A stretch of 64,000 nt of DNA, from positions 672,001 to 736,000 of the forward strand of contig JBGAHS010000004.1 in NCBI GenBank assembly GCA_044226015.1, in the 5' to 3' direction. The notes under the pieces were generated by a model. The model saw only the letters and a list, made by a program, of their open reading frames with translations, ran no database searches and was not told where the DNA came from. A program made the translations under genes and the position numbers. Origin of the DNA: Candidatus Obscuribacteraceae bacterium. GTDB taxonomy: Bacteria; Cyanobacteriota; Vampirovibrionia; Obscuribacterales; Obscuribacteraceae. How positions within the stretch are numbered: the stretch's first letter is position 1; the number at the start of each line of letters is the position of its first letter. Positions 19,947-30,027 of the stretch are shown piece after piece.

Positions 19947-21338
19947 ATGAAACCGCAGATTACAAGGCTTTCGGCCTGGCTCTCGCTGGTTATAGTTTCT
20001 GGATATGTAATCTGCCCAACATTTTGTCGGGCTGATGCCACGGGAATCTCGGGTCCAGCTCCCGGAACCATGGCAGCTAAGACTGGACTGCAAGCGCTAC
20101 AAGCGCTTGGATTGGTCAAGACTGCAGTAGGTCTGGTCAACCGTCGTGAACCCGACGGCGACGAGACTTTTGGTCCAGCAAAGGCATGCAAGAAGGGCGA
20201 TCAACTTCTTGAAGGCAGTCTCGTCGAAACTGGCAATAAATCTTTTGCAGATTTAGCATGGAGCGGCACAACGACACGCTTATGGCAAAACAGTATTATC
20301 AGAATTCTTCCTTGTGCGAAAACTGTTCACCTCGTGAATGGTGGAATGGTCTTTTACAAGTCTCGCAATTGTAAGGAAGCCGAGTGTATTGTTGAAACAA
20401 AGCGACTTCAGGCGCGAATTCGAGGAACATCAGTTAGATTCCTCACGAGCGATGACGTAGACTCGGTCCTTGTTCAGGAAATGGGCGGCAAAGACGCTGT
20501 AGAAATCTTTAATAAGGTGAATGGTAGCCGAGTATCACTTGCTGTAGGAGTAGTCCTGGAAATTCGCGGAAAGGTAATGAATCCTGACCCGAAATTCTTC
20601 GACAAGTCGCAGGCACAGGACATCACGCCTACAGCTAATTTGAAGCTCAACCCCAACAAGGGCGAGCTAATTTTCCAAGACAAGCAGTCGCAGACTGTGG
20701 CTTATACAGCCAATGCAAAGGCTGTTCTGGAAGATCCAATTCTTCATGGAACAAATGGCAATTCTGAATTTGATTCGATGGATCTTATTCGCACAGCGAT
20801 GAGCAAAGTGCCCACAGGCGACGACATGTTTGGCAACTTCATGGACCTCGCTTTCAATGCAGGAAAGCCTGACAAACTCATTAGCAAGAACTTCAAAATT
20901 CTCGGAGTTCCAACAAAGAGCAGCTATTTTATTGGACCAAATGTCGGGGGCGACAAAGCTATTCCCCTTCCTGAGATGGCATACGCTGACTTCCCTCCAG
21001 GTGGCGTGATAACCGCGCTTCAAGCTGGCTTGAACACAAAGCAAGTTGCACAGATGAAGGTTAGCGCACCTGTTGCGCTGCCAATGCTACACGACCAAAC
21101 TCCTCCTGCTGAGCTCAGTCTCAACGATGTAGCAACGGCTGGTGCAGACCAGATAGCTCCGCTGGTAACCCATAGTGAAGATACTGCACCGAATGCGGTG
21201 GCTGATACACTTGGCGCGACTACGTTCAAGAGTGAGTCGCCATCATCGGTTCCGCTAAAAAATGGAATCGGAAAAATTAATAGTCTAAATGATGTCGTTA
21301 GCAAATCTAATAACGACTCGGACAGACGAGCAAACTGA
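19947..21338 (+). CDS. secreted FecR-domain protein
   Basis: Signal peptide; GSLVETGNKSFADL...TRLWQNS...VETKRLQARIRGT FecR pattern. Confidence 0.8.
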   Translation: MKPQITRLSAWLSLVIVSGYVICPTFCRADATGISGPAPGTMAAKTGLQALQALGLVKTAVGLVNRREPDGDETFGPAKACKKGDQLLEGSLVETGNKSFADLAWSGTTTRLWQNSIIRILPCAKTVHLVNGGMVFYKSRNCKEAECIVETKRLQARIRGTSVRFLTSDDVDSVLVQEMGGKDAVEIFNKVNGSRVSLAVGVVLEIRGKVMNPDPKFFDKSQAQDITPTANLKLNPNKGELIFQDKQSQTVAYTANAKAVLEDPILHGTNGNSEFDSMDLIRTAMSKVPTGDDMFGNFMDLAFNAGKPDKLISKNFKILGVPTKSSYFIGPNVGGDKAIPLPEMAYADFPPGGVITALQAGLNTKQVAQMKVSAPVALPMLHDQTPPAELSLNDVATAGADQIAPLVTHSEDTAPNAVADTLGATTFKSESPSSVPLKNGIGKINSLNDVVSKSNNDSDRRAN

Positions 21339-21536
21339 TAAATCAAGAGCGCCAGTGAATGTAAGAGCACTGGCGCTTGAATTTTTGGGCTGATAAACGA
21401 TTAGAAATAGTATTGGGCGTTCTCTTCCACTTCGTGGAGAGCCCCATGTTGAGCGGCATTTACTAAGTTGTACCTGTTCTGTTTGCAAGCTGATTATGCA
21501 ACAAAATGGCGATAACTGTGTCAAATTGCCGAAAAG

Positions 21537-23933
21537 ATGGGCATAAAGCGGATGACGGGATTTGGATTTGGAATCGGATTGGAGGATAGGACGATCGCTG
21601 CTGATGGACAGATAAAGAAGGTCTCCTGGAGCCTTTTTGCTGTTTTTGTGGCTGTCGCCATAATATTCGGCTCTGTTTTGTCGTGCTCGGGAGTGCTTGA
21701 GCGACAGGAATTGCAGACCATCAACAAGCGATTTGAAGCAAGGCAGTGGTTAGTATGGTCGAAAGAAAGCTTGGCTCGACTGAATCCTGCTGCACTTTGG
21801 GACTGGCATGAGAAGCACGAACAGCCAAAAAAATGGTATGCCTGGGACTATACGCTGAGTTGGCTGATCGAAAACAATCATCCTCGAGTAAAAAACAAGA
21901 TAGTTATTTTCAATCACACCGTTGAAGACGAGCCACCACCTGAGGCAATTCAGCACTTTCCATGGATGGCTCCATTACTAAATTATCCGATTAGAAGAAA
22001 GACTGTTGCTGAAATGGTCGAACTGCTATCAAAAGCTGGTGCAAGGGCCATCATTCTGGATAACGATTTTCCGCAATATTCACCAGATGACGCCTATTTA
22101 GCGCAAGTTGTGCACAAAGCAACCAGCGGTGTCTATGGAAAAGAAACGCCTGTTTTCATGGTGCGGGCTCTGAACACTTCCAGTAACCCTCGTATGGTTA
22201 CAGTTCTGGCGCCGACAGCGCCTCTGGGGATTTTGGATGAATTGCAAAAGCTTGAACCAAACGTAGATGTAGAAGATAAATATACGGGCATGACTTGCGT
22301 TGATCAGGATGAAGATCAAGTTGTGCGTCGCGCCTGGACCGTGGTGGCACCACGACAAACTGAGCGCTATGACTCAGTGATAAAAAAGGCTTTGAAGTCT
22401 GTTGGGCAGCGAATCCCATCCGACCTTCCAGCGCGGATGGATATAGATTTTGTCGGCTTTCCAAATTCTGATCTTTTTCCGATTCATCCGATCAGCTCAC
22501 TTCTTGATCCAGAGTCGAAAGAACAGTTGCTCAAGAAAACTGGACCCATAGACGTTAAAGATGCCATCGTATTCATTGGTGATGGTATCACTGACGTCTA
22601 CAGCACTCCTTTTACTAACGAAGGTCTCAGTCTCATGAGCGGAACAGAAATCCTGGCGAATGCCATGGATTCTATCAGTCGGCATTCATGGCCCCAGCGC
22701 TTGAATGGTATCGCCTCCATTGTATATCTTCTCCTTGCCACTGTTGCCGGTGGCGCAGCTTGGTGTCTCTGGAAAGCTATACAGGAAAAATTCTATCCTA
22801 CTTCGACTGTTGATTTAGTTCGTCCTTCCGGTAGTTTATTCAGGCTAGCAACCGACACCTTCTTCTTTTGTGTGCTCGTAGCGGGCTCCTACTTCGTTGC
22901 TTGCCTTGCATTCTCTTATCTCGGTTTGATCGTTCCAATCATAGTTCCATCTCTTGCTCTGGGCCTGGGAGCTTTAGCCGCGATCGTTTGGGAGCGTGAA
23001 CGAGAACGGGAAGCGGCCTTTGCTTCCCAGCTGATCTCTCAGCAGGAAAAGCATGAGCTAGAACTCGATAAGGTTGAAGCGGAAATGGCTCGCCAGGAAG
23101 TTGAAGCTGAAAATCGTGAGATGTACCAGGATAGGAAGCGTCGTCACGAGTTCGTCCGAAGAATCAATCATGATCTCAACGCTCCTGTGAGTGTGTTGAA
23201 TTGGACAATTTCCGAATTGCAAATGATGGGGCTGGAGAATCAGCAAGCGAGAGACAAAGTCACTCGCCTTGTGAAGTCGTCAGACAAATTGTGCGAACTT
23301 ATAGATCAATTGGTGCAGTCATACGACTATGAGATTACTCCCGGTTTGGCGAATAATCAGGCTGCACTCTGCGACCTCACACAGGTAGTAGAAGATTGTG
23401 TTGATGGGCAGCAACCACTCGCTCAAAAGCATGATGACACTCTGGAATGGAATAAACCAGATCAAGTTCTCTGGGTGAAGGCTAATTCCCTGGAACTATC
23501 ACGAGTGGTTGATAACATCATTCGAAATGCTATCAAGCATAACCCGCCACATACGAGCGTTTTTGTGACTATGGATACTAACGGATCCTTTCACAAGATT
23601 CTCATTACCGATAGTGGCAAGGGCATCGCACCTGAACACTTAGGGCATATTTTTGAACCTGGTTACCGAGTTAATCCGGAACGTAAAGATGGTCATGGCT
23701 TGGGGCTCGACATAGCCAAGACCCTGATTGAAGCCATGGGTGGTGAGGTGTCCGTGACAAGCACGCTGGGAAAAGGCACCACTTTTCAGATTAAGCTGCC
23801 TGTCTGTTCGGAAGCACGAGCGATGCACAGCGACTTTCTCACAGATGAAACTCTAGAGGACAGTGCTGCGATAAATGACTCGAGAAAAAAGACTTTGACT
23901 TTGGAAACTGCGAATAAGGGAACCGGTGATTAA
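21537..23933 (+). CDS. CHASE2-domain sensor histidine kinase
   Basis: CHASE2 motifs GARAIILD, DEDQVVRR, IVFIG, SGTEILAN followed by three TMs; H-box INHDLNAP, NAIKH, DSGKGI, GHGLGL. Confidence 0.9.
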   Translation: MGIKRMTGFGFGIGLEDRTIAADGQIKKVSWSLFAVFVAVAIIFGSVLSCSGVLERQELQTINKRFEARQWLVWSKESLARLNPAALWDWHEKHEQPKKWYAWDYTLSWLIENNHPRVKNKIVIFNHTVEDEPPPEAIQHFPWMAPLLNYPIRRKTVAEMVELLSKAGARAIILDNDFPQYSPDDAYLAQVVHKATSGVYGKETPVFMVRALNTSSNPRMVTVLAPTAPLGILDELQKLEPNVDVEDKYTGMTCVDQDEDQVVRRAWTVVAPRQTERYDSVIKKALKSVGQRIPSDLPARMDIDFVGFPNSDLFPIHPISSLLDPESKEQLLKKTGPIDVKDAIVFIGDGITDVYSTPFTNEGLSLMSGTEILANAMDSISRHSWPQRLNGIASIVYLLLATVAGGAAWCLWKAIQEKFYPTSTVDLVRPSGSLFRLATDTFFFCVLVAGSYFVACLAFSYLGLIVPIIVPSLALGLGALAAIVWEREREREAAFASQLISQQEKHELELDKVEAEMARQEVEAENREMYQDRKRRHEFVRRINHDLNAPVSVLNWTISELQMMGLENQQARDKVTRLVKSSDKLCELIDQLVQSYDYEITPGLANNQAALCDLTQVVEDCVDGQQPLAQKHDDTLEWNKPDQVLWVKANSLELSRVVDNIIRNAIKHNPPHTSVFVTMDTNGSFHKILITDSGKGIAPEHLGHIFEPGYRVNPERKDGHGLGLDIAKTLIEAMGGEVSVTSTLGKGTTFQIKLPVCSEARAMHSDFLTDETLEDSAAINDSRKKTLTLETANKGTGD

Positions 23934-24642
23934 AATGAGTAAGATACTAAAGATACTGATAGTAGAAGACGATGACGACTTCTCCAGCATCTTGAAACGA
24001 GTGATCGAGCAAGATGAAACGATGCAAGTCGTTAACGTGATTAATTGCGAGGAAGAAGCACTTAAGAAGATTCGAGACCCCAGCATCAAAGACTATGATT
24101 GCGTATTGCTTGACCTTCAATTGCCTTTTCGCGTTGGCGACAAGACGGTAAGTTCGCTTGCAGGCATTCGTATTCTTGAGGAATTGAGACACCAACATGG
24201 TTTTTATGGAACCATAATTGTTCTTACTAATTCTAAAGCCCCAGCTGATGGTCAGCGAGCTCTGGCAGCAGGCTGCGACGGTTACCTTTGTAAGCGCGCA
24301 AAGATCTCTGAAGTACAGGATATGTTGAATGAACTCCGCATGGCCATCAAAGGCGGTGTCATTGTATTCTCGACACCAATGAGGCATGTTTTCCTGCGTG
24401 ACGATATTAATGCCAAAGAAGCGCGCATGATGGATCTTCTGTCCTGCGGGAAAAGCTGGGCCGAAATCGCGCGCGAATTGGGTTACAAAACACCCAAAGC
24501 GGCAGCGAATGTCGGTGATCGAGTGTTTGACAAATTGTTGACTCCTGCCGATGCTGCGAAGGTTGCAGAAGAAGGGTCTAAGAAGAGACATAAGGCATTA
24601 GAAATCTGGAATTCCAGGCGTCTGAGCCACGCTCATTCATAA
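23926..24642 (+). CDS. response regulator (REC plus C-terminal HTH)
   Basis: IVEDD, VLLDLQLP, VLTNS, GYLCK; HTH SWAEIARELG; overlaps the kinase stop. Confidence 0.9.
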   Translation: MIKMSKILKILIVEDDDDFSSILKRVIEQDETMQVVNVINCEEEALKKIRDPSIKDYDCVLLDLQLPFRVGDKTVSSLAGIRILEELRHQHGFYGTIIVLTNSKAPADGQRALAAGCDGYLCKRAKISEVQDMLNELRMAIKGGVIVFSTPMRHVFLRDDINAKEARMMDLLSCGKSWAEIARELGYKTPKAAANVGDRVFDKLLTPADAAKVAEEGSKKRHKALEIWNSRRLSHAHS

Positions 24643-24831
24643 TTAGAGCTATCGCTTGCTCACGTACGTTTCCCTTATTGCTGTGCGTGGCTTTGCGCCT
24701 GCTCTTAATCACAGAATGGTATTTGCGAAAGCTGTGCTTGGACCTGGCGGGCTTAGTTCGTGTAGGTGCCTGTGTACTAGTGGACCACTCTTAAAGTGTG
24801 TGTGGTGTAGTGTGAACGGAGCCCGTTTCAG

Positions 24832-24956
24832 TGGATACCGTTTCAGTTTCTATGCGTCAGGGCTCTGCCGAAGATTTTCACCGAAAGTGAAACGGTACCG
24901 TTAGAGTACTAAGATTTTTATGCGCCAGGGCTCTGTTCACCAAAACTGAAACGGTT
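24832..24956. repeat. degenerate CGGTACCG-family long-unit remnant
   Basis: gaagattttcaccgaaagtgaaacggtaccgttagagt and related partial units. Confidence 0.75.
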
Positions 24957-24958
24957 GC

Positions 24959-25069
24959 GAGCGGATCCCGCATAGTGAGCGGATCCCGTATAGTGAGCGG
25001 ATCCCGTATAGTGAGCGGATCCCGTGTAGTGAGCGGATCCCGTATAGTGAGCGGATCCCGTATAGTGAG
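24959..25069. repeat. 18-bp tandem repeat GAGCGGATCCCGTATAGT, 6 copies
   Basis: Directly visible. Confidence 0.95.
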
Positions 25070-25206
25070 TAAGGAGCCCGTGTATTGTTAGATAAGCTTG
25101 TCGTTTTGTGAAATCAAGCGGTTTTTCTCTGCCGATGGCGCTCTTGCATTTATTTTAATGGGCACATACCATTTAATAAGTCGGGTAGTCATTAGGGACG
25201 TGTGCT

Positions 25207-27081
25207 GTGGACGAACCTCAAGTAGGTTCTACATTCGTTGACAAATACGAGTTTCTTCAGCCTCTTGGAAGAAGCGGAAATGGAAATTCGTACAAAATAA
25301 AAGAGCGCGGCACTGGCAAATTACTGGTAGTGAAAATTCTTTCGGACGAATTGCAACAAAACGAAAAACGAATGGCAGCTATGAAATCCGGTACCAGGGT
25401 TGCCGCAGCACTTGTTCATGCAAACGTTGCGAAGACAATCGAATTTACTAAAGATCGAAGTTATGGTTTCTACGTCTTGCGAGATTTCGTGGAAGGTCGC
25501 ACGCTGACTGAATTGTTGAAGTCCAAAGGTGTTCTCAACCAGGTTGAGTTTATGGATATCTTCTACCAGGCTGCTTCAGGCTTGGCCTATTTGCACCGAA
25601 AGGGATACGTGCATGGGCAGTTGAAGCCCAACAATATTATGATATCAACTGATTATGCGGTAAAAGTTGTTGATGTTGGGGTTCGACGAAACATTGTTTC
25701 GGCGCCGGATGGAAGCGAAGTAATTGGCGATGCGTACTATCTTAGTCCCGAGCAATGCCTTGGACAGGGGTTCGATCAGCGTGCTGATATTTACTCTTTT
25801 GCTTGCATGATGTATGAAGCGCTATCGCAGAATAAACCTTATGTTGGTTTGAATAGTGCTGAAATACGACAGCAACAAATCAAACAATCACCCACTCCTT
25901 TTGCGGAACTGGTGCCCGCTCGAAAAGTTGATTCGCAAATAGAATCAGTTATCATGCGCTGTTTGGCCAAAGATCCTGCAGCGCGATATCCCTCATTTGA
26001 TATTTTGCAGAGTGACCTCAGAAGAATTGAGCAAGGTGAAGATATCAAGCCAATTCCAAAAAATACTGGTTTGCCAGCAACAGTGCTGGTGGCAGCCGCG
26101 CTCTTTTTAATTCTTTTGATCGCTGGCGGTGTTTCGTTTTACTTTTCCATCAATGGCAAGCACATAGCAAACAACCAGATTCCACTTGGTGATCAAGCTG
26201 AGACAAGCGCTTCTGAATCCGCAGATGAAAAGAAAGCAGATGATTTGTGCGCTGAGAAAAACTATTCTGCGGCTGCTGAAATATTCAACAGGATTGAACC
26301 GATTATTGGTCAGCAGCAGGGAACTGGTAGTCGACAGCATCTGCGTGTTTTGCATAAACTTGCAAAAGCGCAGCTTTACGCGCACGATGTGGCTGCTGCG
26401 CGTGATACCTATGGTGTCCTTGTTCAGAATATTTTGCAGAACCCAGGGACAGTTCCGCCCGGATATCTCCCGCAAATGGAAGTCTATGCCATCTCAAAAG
26501 AATTGTTGGCTGCCGATTCGCTTGCCGCTGCCGGACGGGGTTTCTCTCTGGCTTTTGAGCTGGATAAAATGATGAATGGTGCTAAGTCCGATTCTCCGAC
26601 TCGGTATCATTTCTTGATCTGGGAGGCGAAGTGTCATGAAAAGCAAAAGAATTTTGATGCTGCAGAAGACTGTTTGGAAAAGTCTTTGCGGATATTTCGT
26701 GCTAACGGTACGGACCCTCGAAATCTTGCGTTTGCGCTTACCGAATATGGCAGAGAGCAAATGGACCGGGCTGAGTCATCACCCGATGCTATGGGGGACG
26801 AGCTCAAGCTTATGAGAAGCTCGGTTAGCTCCTTGAATGAGGCTGTTGAAATCCTCCGGGAGCAGAATTTGAAGGCAGAACTTCGAGATACTCGGCGACT
26901 TCTGATTGAAGCGCGTAGAAAATTCCGTGAATTGCGAGCCGACCACTCTAAAGGCGAAGGTTCAGATGAAGTCAGCGATGACGAAAATTCTGTCGATGGA
27001 AAATCTGCTGATAGAACTGTCGATGATAAATCTGCGGTCAAGAAATCTTCTGCTATGAAGTCTGGAAAGAAAAGCCGATGA
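25207..27081 (+). CDS. membrane-anchored Ser/Thr pseudokinase with TPR-like extracytoplasmic domain
   Basis: Kinase fold (VVK, LKPNN, YLSPE, ADIYS) but HRD is HGQ and DFG is DVG; TM segment VLVAAALFLILLIAGGV. Confidence 0.85.
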   Translation: MDEPQVGSTFVDKYEFLQPLGRSGNGNSYKIKERGTGKLLVVKILSDELQQNEKRMAAMKSGTRVAAALVHANVAKTIEFTKDRSYGFYVLRDFVEGRTLTELLKSKGVLNQVEFMDIFYQAASGLAYLHRKGYVHGQLKPNNIMISTDYAVKVVDVGVRRNIVSAPDGSEVIGDAYYLSPEQCLGQGFDQRADIYSFACMMYEALSQNKPYVGLNSAEIRQQQIKQSPTPFAELVPARKVDSQIESVIMRCLAKDPAARYPSFDILQSDLRRIEQGEDIKPIPKNTGLPATVLVAAALFLILLIAGGVSFYFSINGKHIANNQIPLGDQAETSASESADEKKADDLCAEKNYSAAAEIFNRIEPIIGQQQGTGSRQHLRVLHKLAKAQLYAHDVAAARDTYGVLVQNILQNPGTVPPGYLPQMEVYAISKELLAADSLAAAGRGFSLAFELDKMMNGAKSDSPTRYHFLIWEAKCHEKQKNFDAAEDCLEKSLRIFRANGTDPRNLAFALTEYGREQMDRAESSPDAMGDELKLMRSSVSSLNEAVEILREQNLKAELRDTRRLLIEARRKFRELRADHSKGEGSDEVSDDENSVDGKSADRTVDDKSAVKKSSAMKSGKKSR

Positions 27082-27358
27082 TCCGAAACTGTACCGCTTG
27101 AGTTGCTAACCGAAACGGTACCGCTTGAGTTGCTGACCGAAACGAGTACCGCTTGAGTTGCTGACCGAAACGGTACCGCTTGAGTTGCTGACCGAAACGG
27201 TACCGCTTGAGTTGCTAACCGAAACGGTACCGCTTGAGTTGCTAACCGAAACGGTACCGCTTGAGTTGCTAGCCGAAACGGTACCGCTTGAGTTGCTGAC
27301 CGAAACGGTACCGCTTGAGTTGTTGACCGAAACGGTACCGCTTGAGTTGCTAACCGAA
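27082..27358. repeat. CGGTACCG-family tandem array, 27-bp unit, about 10 copies
   Basis: Unit CCGAAACGGTACCGCTTGAGTTGCT(G/A)A fills the entire gap between two convergent stop codons. Confidence 0.95.
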
Positions 27359-28984
27359 TTACGTTTGCATTTGCACGACATTCGCTTGCGCAAGGATGAT
27401 CGTTTCCTTCATCGGCACAAACTTGCTTCCACTCAGGCTTACTGTTATACGGCCCAGAAAGTTCATGTCGTCACGCGCAGGAAAATCTGCCCTAAAATGG
27501 GCTCCTCTTGATTCTTTTCGCAATAGTGCAGACTCGGCGATGAGTGCTCCCAGGGTGCCAATATTTGCTGCTTCAATTGTTCGTTGTCTCAATACAGGCT
27601 TTATCGGTTTGCTTGCATTTATATCGTTGAGCAATTTGACCAGTGCTTGTTCATCGCGAATAAGCCCAGCAACTGAGGACATCTGGTGTTTGAATTCCTC
27701 AATTCTTGATGGAACAAAAATGGAAGAAGTGCTGATGCGTGGAATGCGGGTTACATTGGCTGCCGCCTTCAGTGGTCCGAATTTTCCCTCTGCGACTATT
27801 GCTCGAGCGACTCTCAATGCACTTACCCCGCCTTCAAGCAAGGAATTGCTTGCGAGTCTATTCGCTCCATGGAATCCAGATGAGGCACACTCGCCAATTG
27901 CATAAAGTCCTTCGATGGATGTATGACCGAATTCATCGGTCCAGATGCCACCCATGAAATAGTGCGCCGCTGGTGATACTGGAATGCTGCGCTCAAGCGG
28001 GTCTATGCCCCAGTTTCTGCAAGCTGCAACGATATTCGGGAACTCTTCAAGTATTTTTTTTGCTCCGATGGGGCGTAAATCTAAGTGTACAAAGTTCTGA
28101 TTCTCTTGCTTCATAATTGCTGCTATGCCCCGGGAAACAATGTCTCGGGTAGCCAGTTCGCCATCCTTATGGAAACCGAACATAAATCTGTTTCCACTTG
28201 AATCAAGCAGATGTGCCCCTGCTCCTCTCACAGCTTCAGTGATTAGCGAGGCTGGAGCACCAGGAAGATATAGAGCCGTAGGATGAAACTGAACAAATTC
28301 CATATCAACCAGCGTAGCTCCAGCTCGATAGGCCATCGCTATACCGTCACCTGTGGCAACTCGAGGGTTTGTTGTTCTCTCAAATACCTGTCCGAGTCCG
28401 CCCGATGCTAGTATCACTCGTGGTGCCAAAATATCTATAAGAGCATCTTCTTTCAAGACACGAAGACCAGTGCAGCGTCCGTCTGAACTGAGCAGATCCA
28501 CCGCGAACATTTCCTCGAAAAGAGCAATTCTTTTCGACTTACGAATGTTGGCAATCAAAGTTTGGCTGATTGCTCTGCCGGAGGCATCTTTTACGTGCAA
28601 TACTCGCGACTGGCTATGCCCGCCCTCTCTGGCAAGCGATAGCTTGCTTCCTTCTCTATCAAAGCCGCATCCGAGCCTCTCTAGTTTTGTAAAAAGCTCG
28701 CGTCCATCTTCGATTATTCCGCTTGCAACCTGAACATCGCAAAGTCCAGCGCCAGCGCTGATGGTGTCAGCAAGGTGCTGCCAGCTGTTGTCTAGAGGGT
28801 TCTCTCCTGTTGTGATAGCAATTCCACCTTGTGCCCATGATGTGTTCGAGTCCTCCAGTCTACCCTTGCAAATCAGCGCCGCTCTCATCCCTTCCGCGTC
28901 CAATTCAAGTGCGAGCATTAGTCCAGCTATACCGGATCCAACGATAACTGCGTCGTAACGACTGATGATGTTTGTTTGGGTCAT
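27359..28984 (-). CDS. nadB: L-aspartate oxidase
   Basis: GSGIAG, SWAQGGIA, EGGHS, EFVQFHPT, ELATRDIV, HYFMGG, HGANRLASNSLLE and ESRGAH motifs. Confidence 0.95.
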   Translation of the reverse strand: MTQTNIISRYDAVIVGSGIAGLMLALELDAEGMRAALICKGRLEDSNTSWAQGGIAITTGENPLDNSWQHLADTISAGAGLCDVQVASGIIEDGRELFTKLERLGCGFDREGSKLSLAREGGHSQSRVLHVKDASGRAISQTLIANIRKSKRIALFEEMFAVDLLSSDGRCTGLRVLKEDALIDILAPRVILASGGLGQVFERTTNPRVATGDGIAMAYRAGATLVDMEFVQFHPTALYLPGAPASLITEAVRGAGAHLLDSSGNRFMFGFHKDGELATRDIVSRGIAAIMKQENQNFVHLDLRPIGAKKILEEFPNIVAACRNWGIDPLERSIPVSPAAHYFMGGIWTDEFGHTSIEGLYAIGECASSGFHGANRLASNSLLEGGVSALRVARAIVAEGKFGPLKAAANVTRIPRISTSSIFVPSRIEEFKHQMSSVAGLIRDEQALVKLLNDINASKPIKPVLRQRTIEAANIGTLGALIAESALLRKESRGAHFRADFPARDDMNFLGRITVSLSGSKFVPMKETIILAQANVVQMQT

Positions 28985-29037
28985 TGTCTTAACCCTCCGC
29001 TTTTAGAATATTGAGGACGGTGCGGTCGATTGCTGTT

Positions 29038-30027
29038 TTAGAATATTGAAACCATGCGGTCGATTGCTGTTTTTGCTTTTCTTGCAGTTTCTTCGTCGAC
29101 TGTGACGTGATAAACGTCTTCCTTCAGGGCATTGTGCAGATTTTCTATCGTTATCATTTTCATGTATCTGCAACTCATTTCGCTTTCGATGGGATGAAAG
29201 GTCTTCGTGGGGTTCTCTTTCTTCAAACGATGCAGAATGCCTATTTCGGTAGCCACCACAAACTCATCGGCGCTAGATTCTGCCGCTCGTCTTATCATTC
29301 CTTCTGTCGAAGTGACCTTGAGCTGTGAGCCGCCATTTTGTCTGATTACTCTGTCGAGGTATGGTGTTAAGCAACCGCACTCAGGGTGAATTAATAGTTC
29401 GGCAGATGGAAATTCAGCAATTTTTTCATCAATTGCTTTTGGCGGAACCATCGCATGTACGTGGCATTCACCCATCCAAATGTGCATGTTTTTTCTGCCA
29501 GTGAGTTTTTGTACCCACGAGCCCAAAAATTGGTCAGGAAGAAAGAGGATTTCCTTATCCTTGGGAATCGCTTGCACCACCTTTAGTGCATTACCGGAGG
29601 TGCAGCAGTAGTCTGATTCTGCTTTTACCGCAGCGCTAGTGTTAACGTATGAGACTACTATGGCATTTGGATGTTCAGACTTCCATTCGCGCAGCTGCTC
29701 AACATTGATGGAAGCTGCAAGGGAGCAGCCGGCATCGAGATTAGGTATTAAAACTCTTTTGTCGGGGCAGAGAATGGCTGCTGTTTCAGCCATGAAATGC
29801 ACTCCACAAAATACAATTGTTTTTTCCTTTCGTTTGGCTGCTTCTTGAGATAGTCCGAGAGAGTCACCCACATAATCTGCAAGGTCTTGAATCTCTGGTA
29901 TCTGATAGTTGTGTGCCAGAACTACAGCATTTCTTTTGCGTGCAAGTTCGTAAATTTCTTGTGCCATCGCTGCTCGTGCAACTGTGTCAGAGCAGGGGCT
30001 TTTGTTCGTTTTTAACATGGCTTTCAC
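29038..30027 (-). CDS. nadA: quinolinate synthase
   Basis: LAHNYQ, FCGVHFMAETA, AGCSLA, YVNTSA, HPEC and Fe-S cysteines. Confidence 0.96.
   Translation of the reverse strand: MKAMLKTNKSPCSDTVARAAMAQEIYELARKRNAVVLAHNYQIPEIQDLADYVGDSLGLSQEAAKRKEKTIVFCGVHFMAETAAILCPDKRVLIPNLDAGCSLAASINVEQLREWKSEHPNAIVVSYVNTSAAVKAESDYCCTSGNALKVVQAIPKDKEILFLPDQFLGSWVQKLTGRKNMHIWMGECHVHAMVPPKAIDEKIAEFPSAELLIHPECGCLTPYLDRVIRQNGGSQLKVTSTEGMIRRAAESSADEFVVATEIGILHRLKKENPTKTFHPIESEMSCRYMKMITIENLHNALKEDVYHVTVDEETARKAKTAIDRMVSIF

Noticed and set aside
23947..24591. Long antisense ORFs (also 51536-52177 and 52837-53421)
   Set aside because: They lie opposite well-supported genes and have no recognisable motifs
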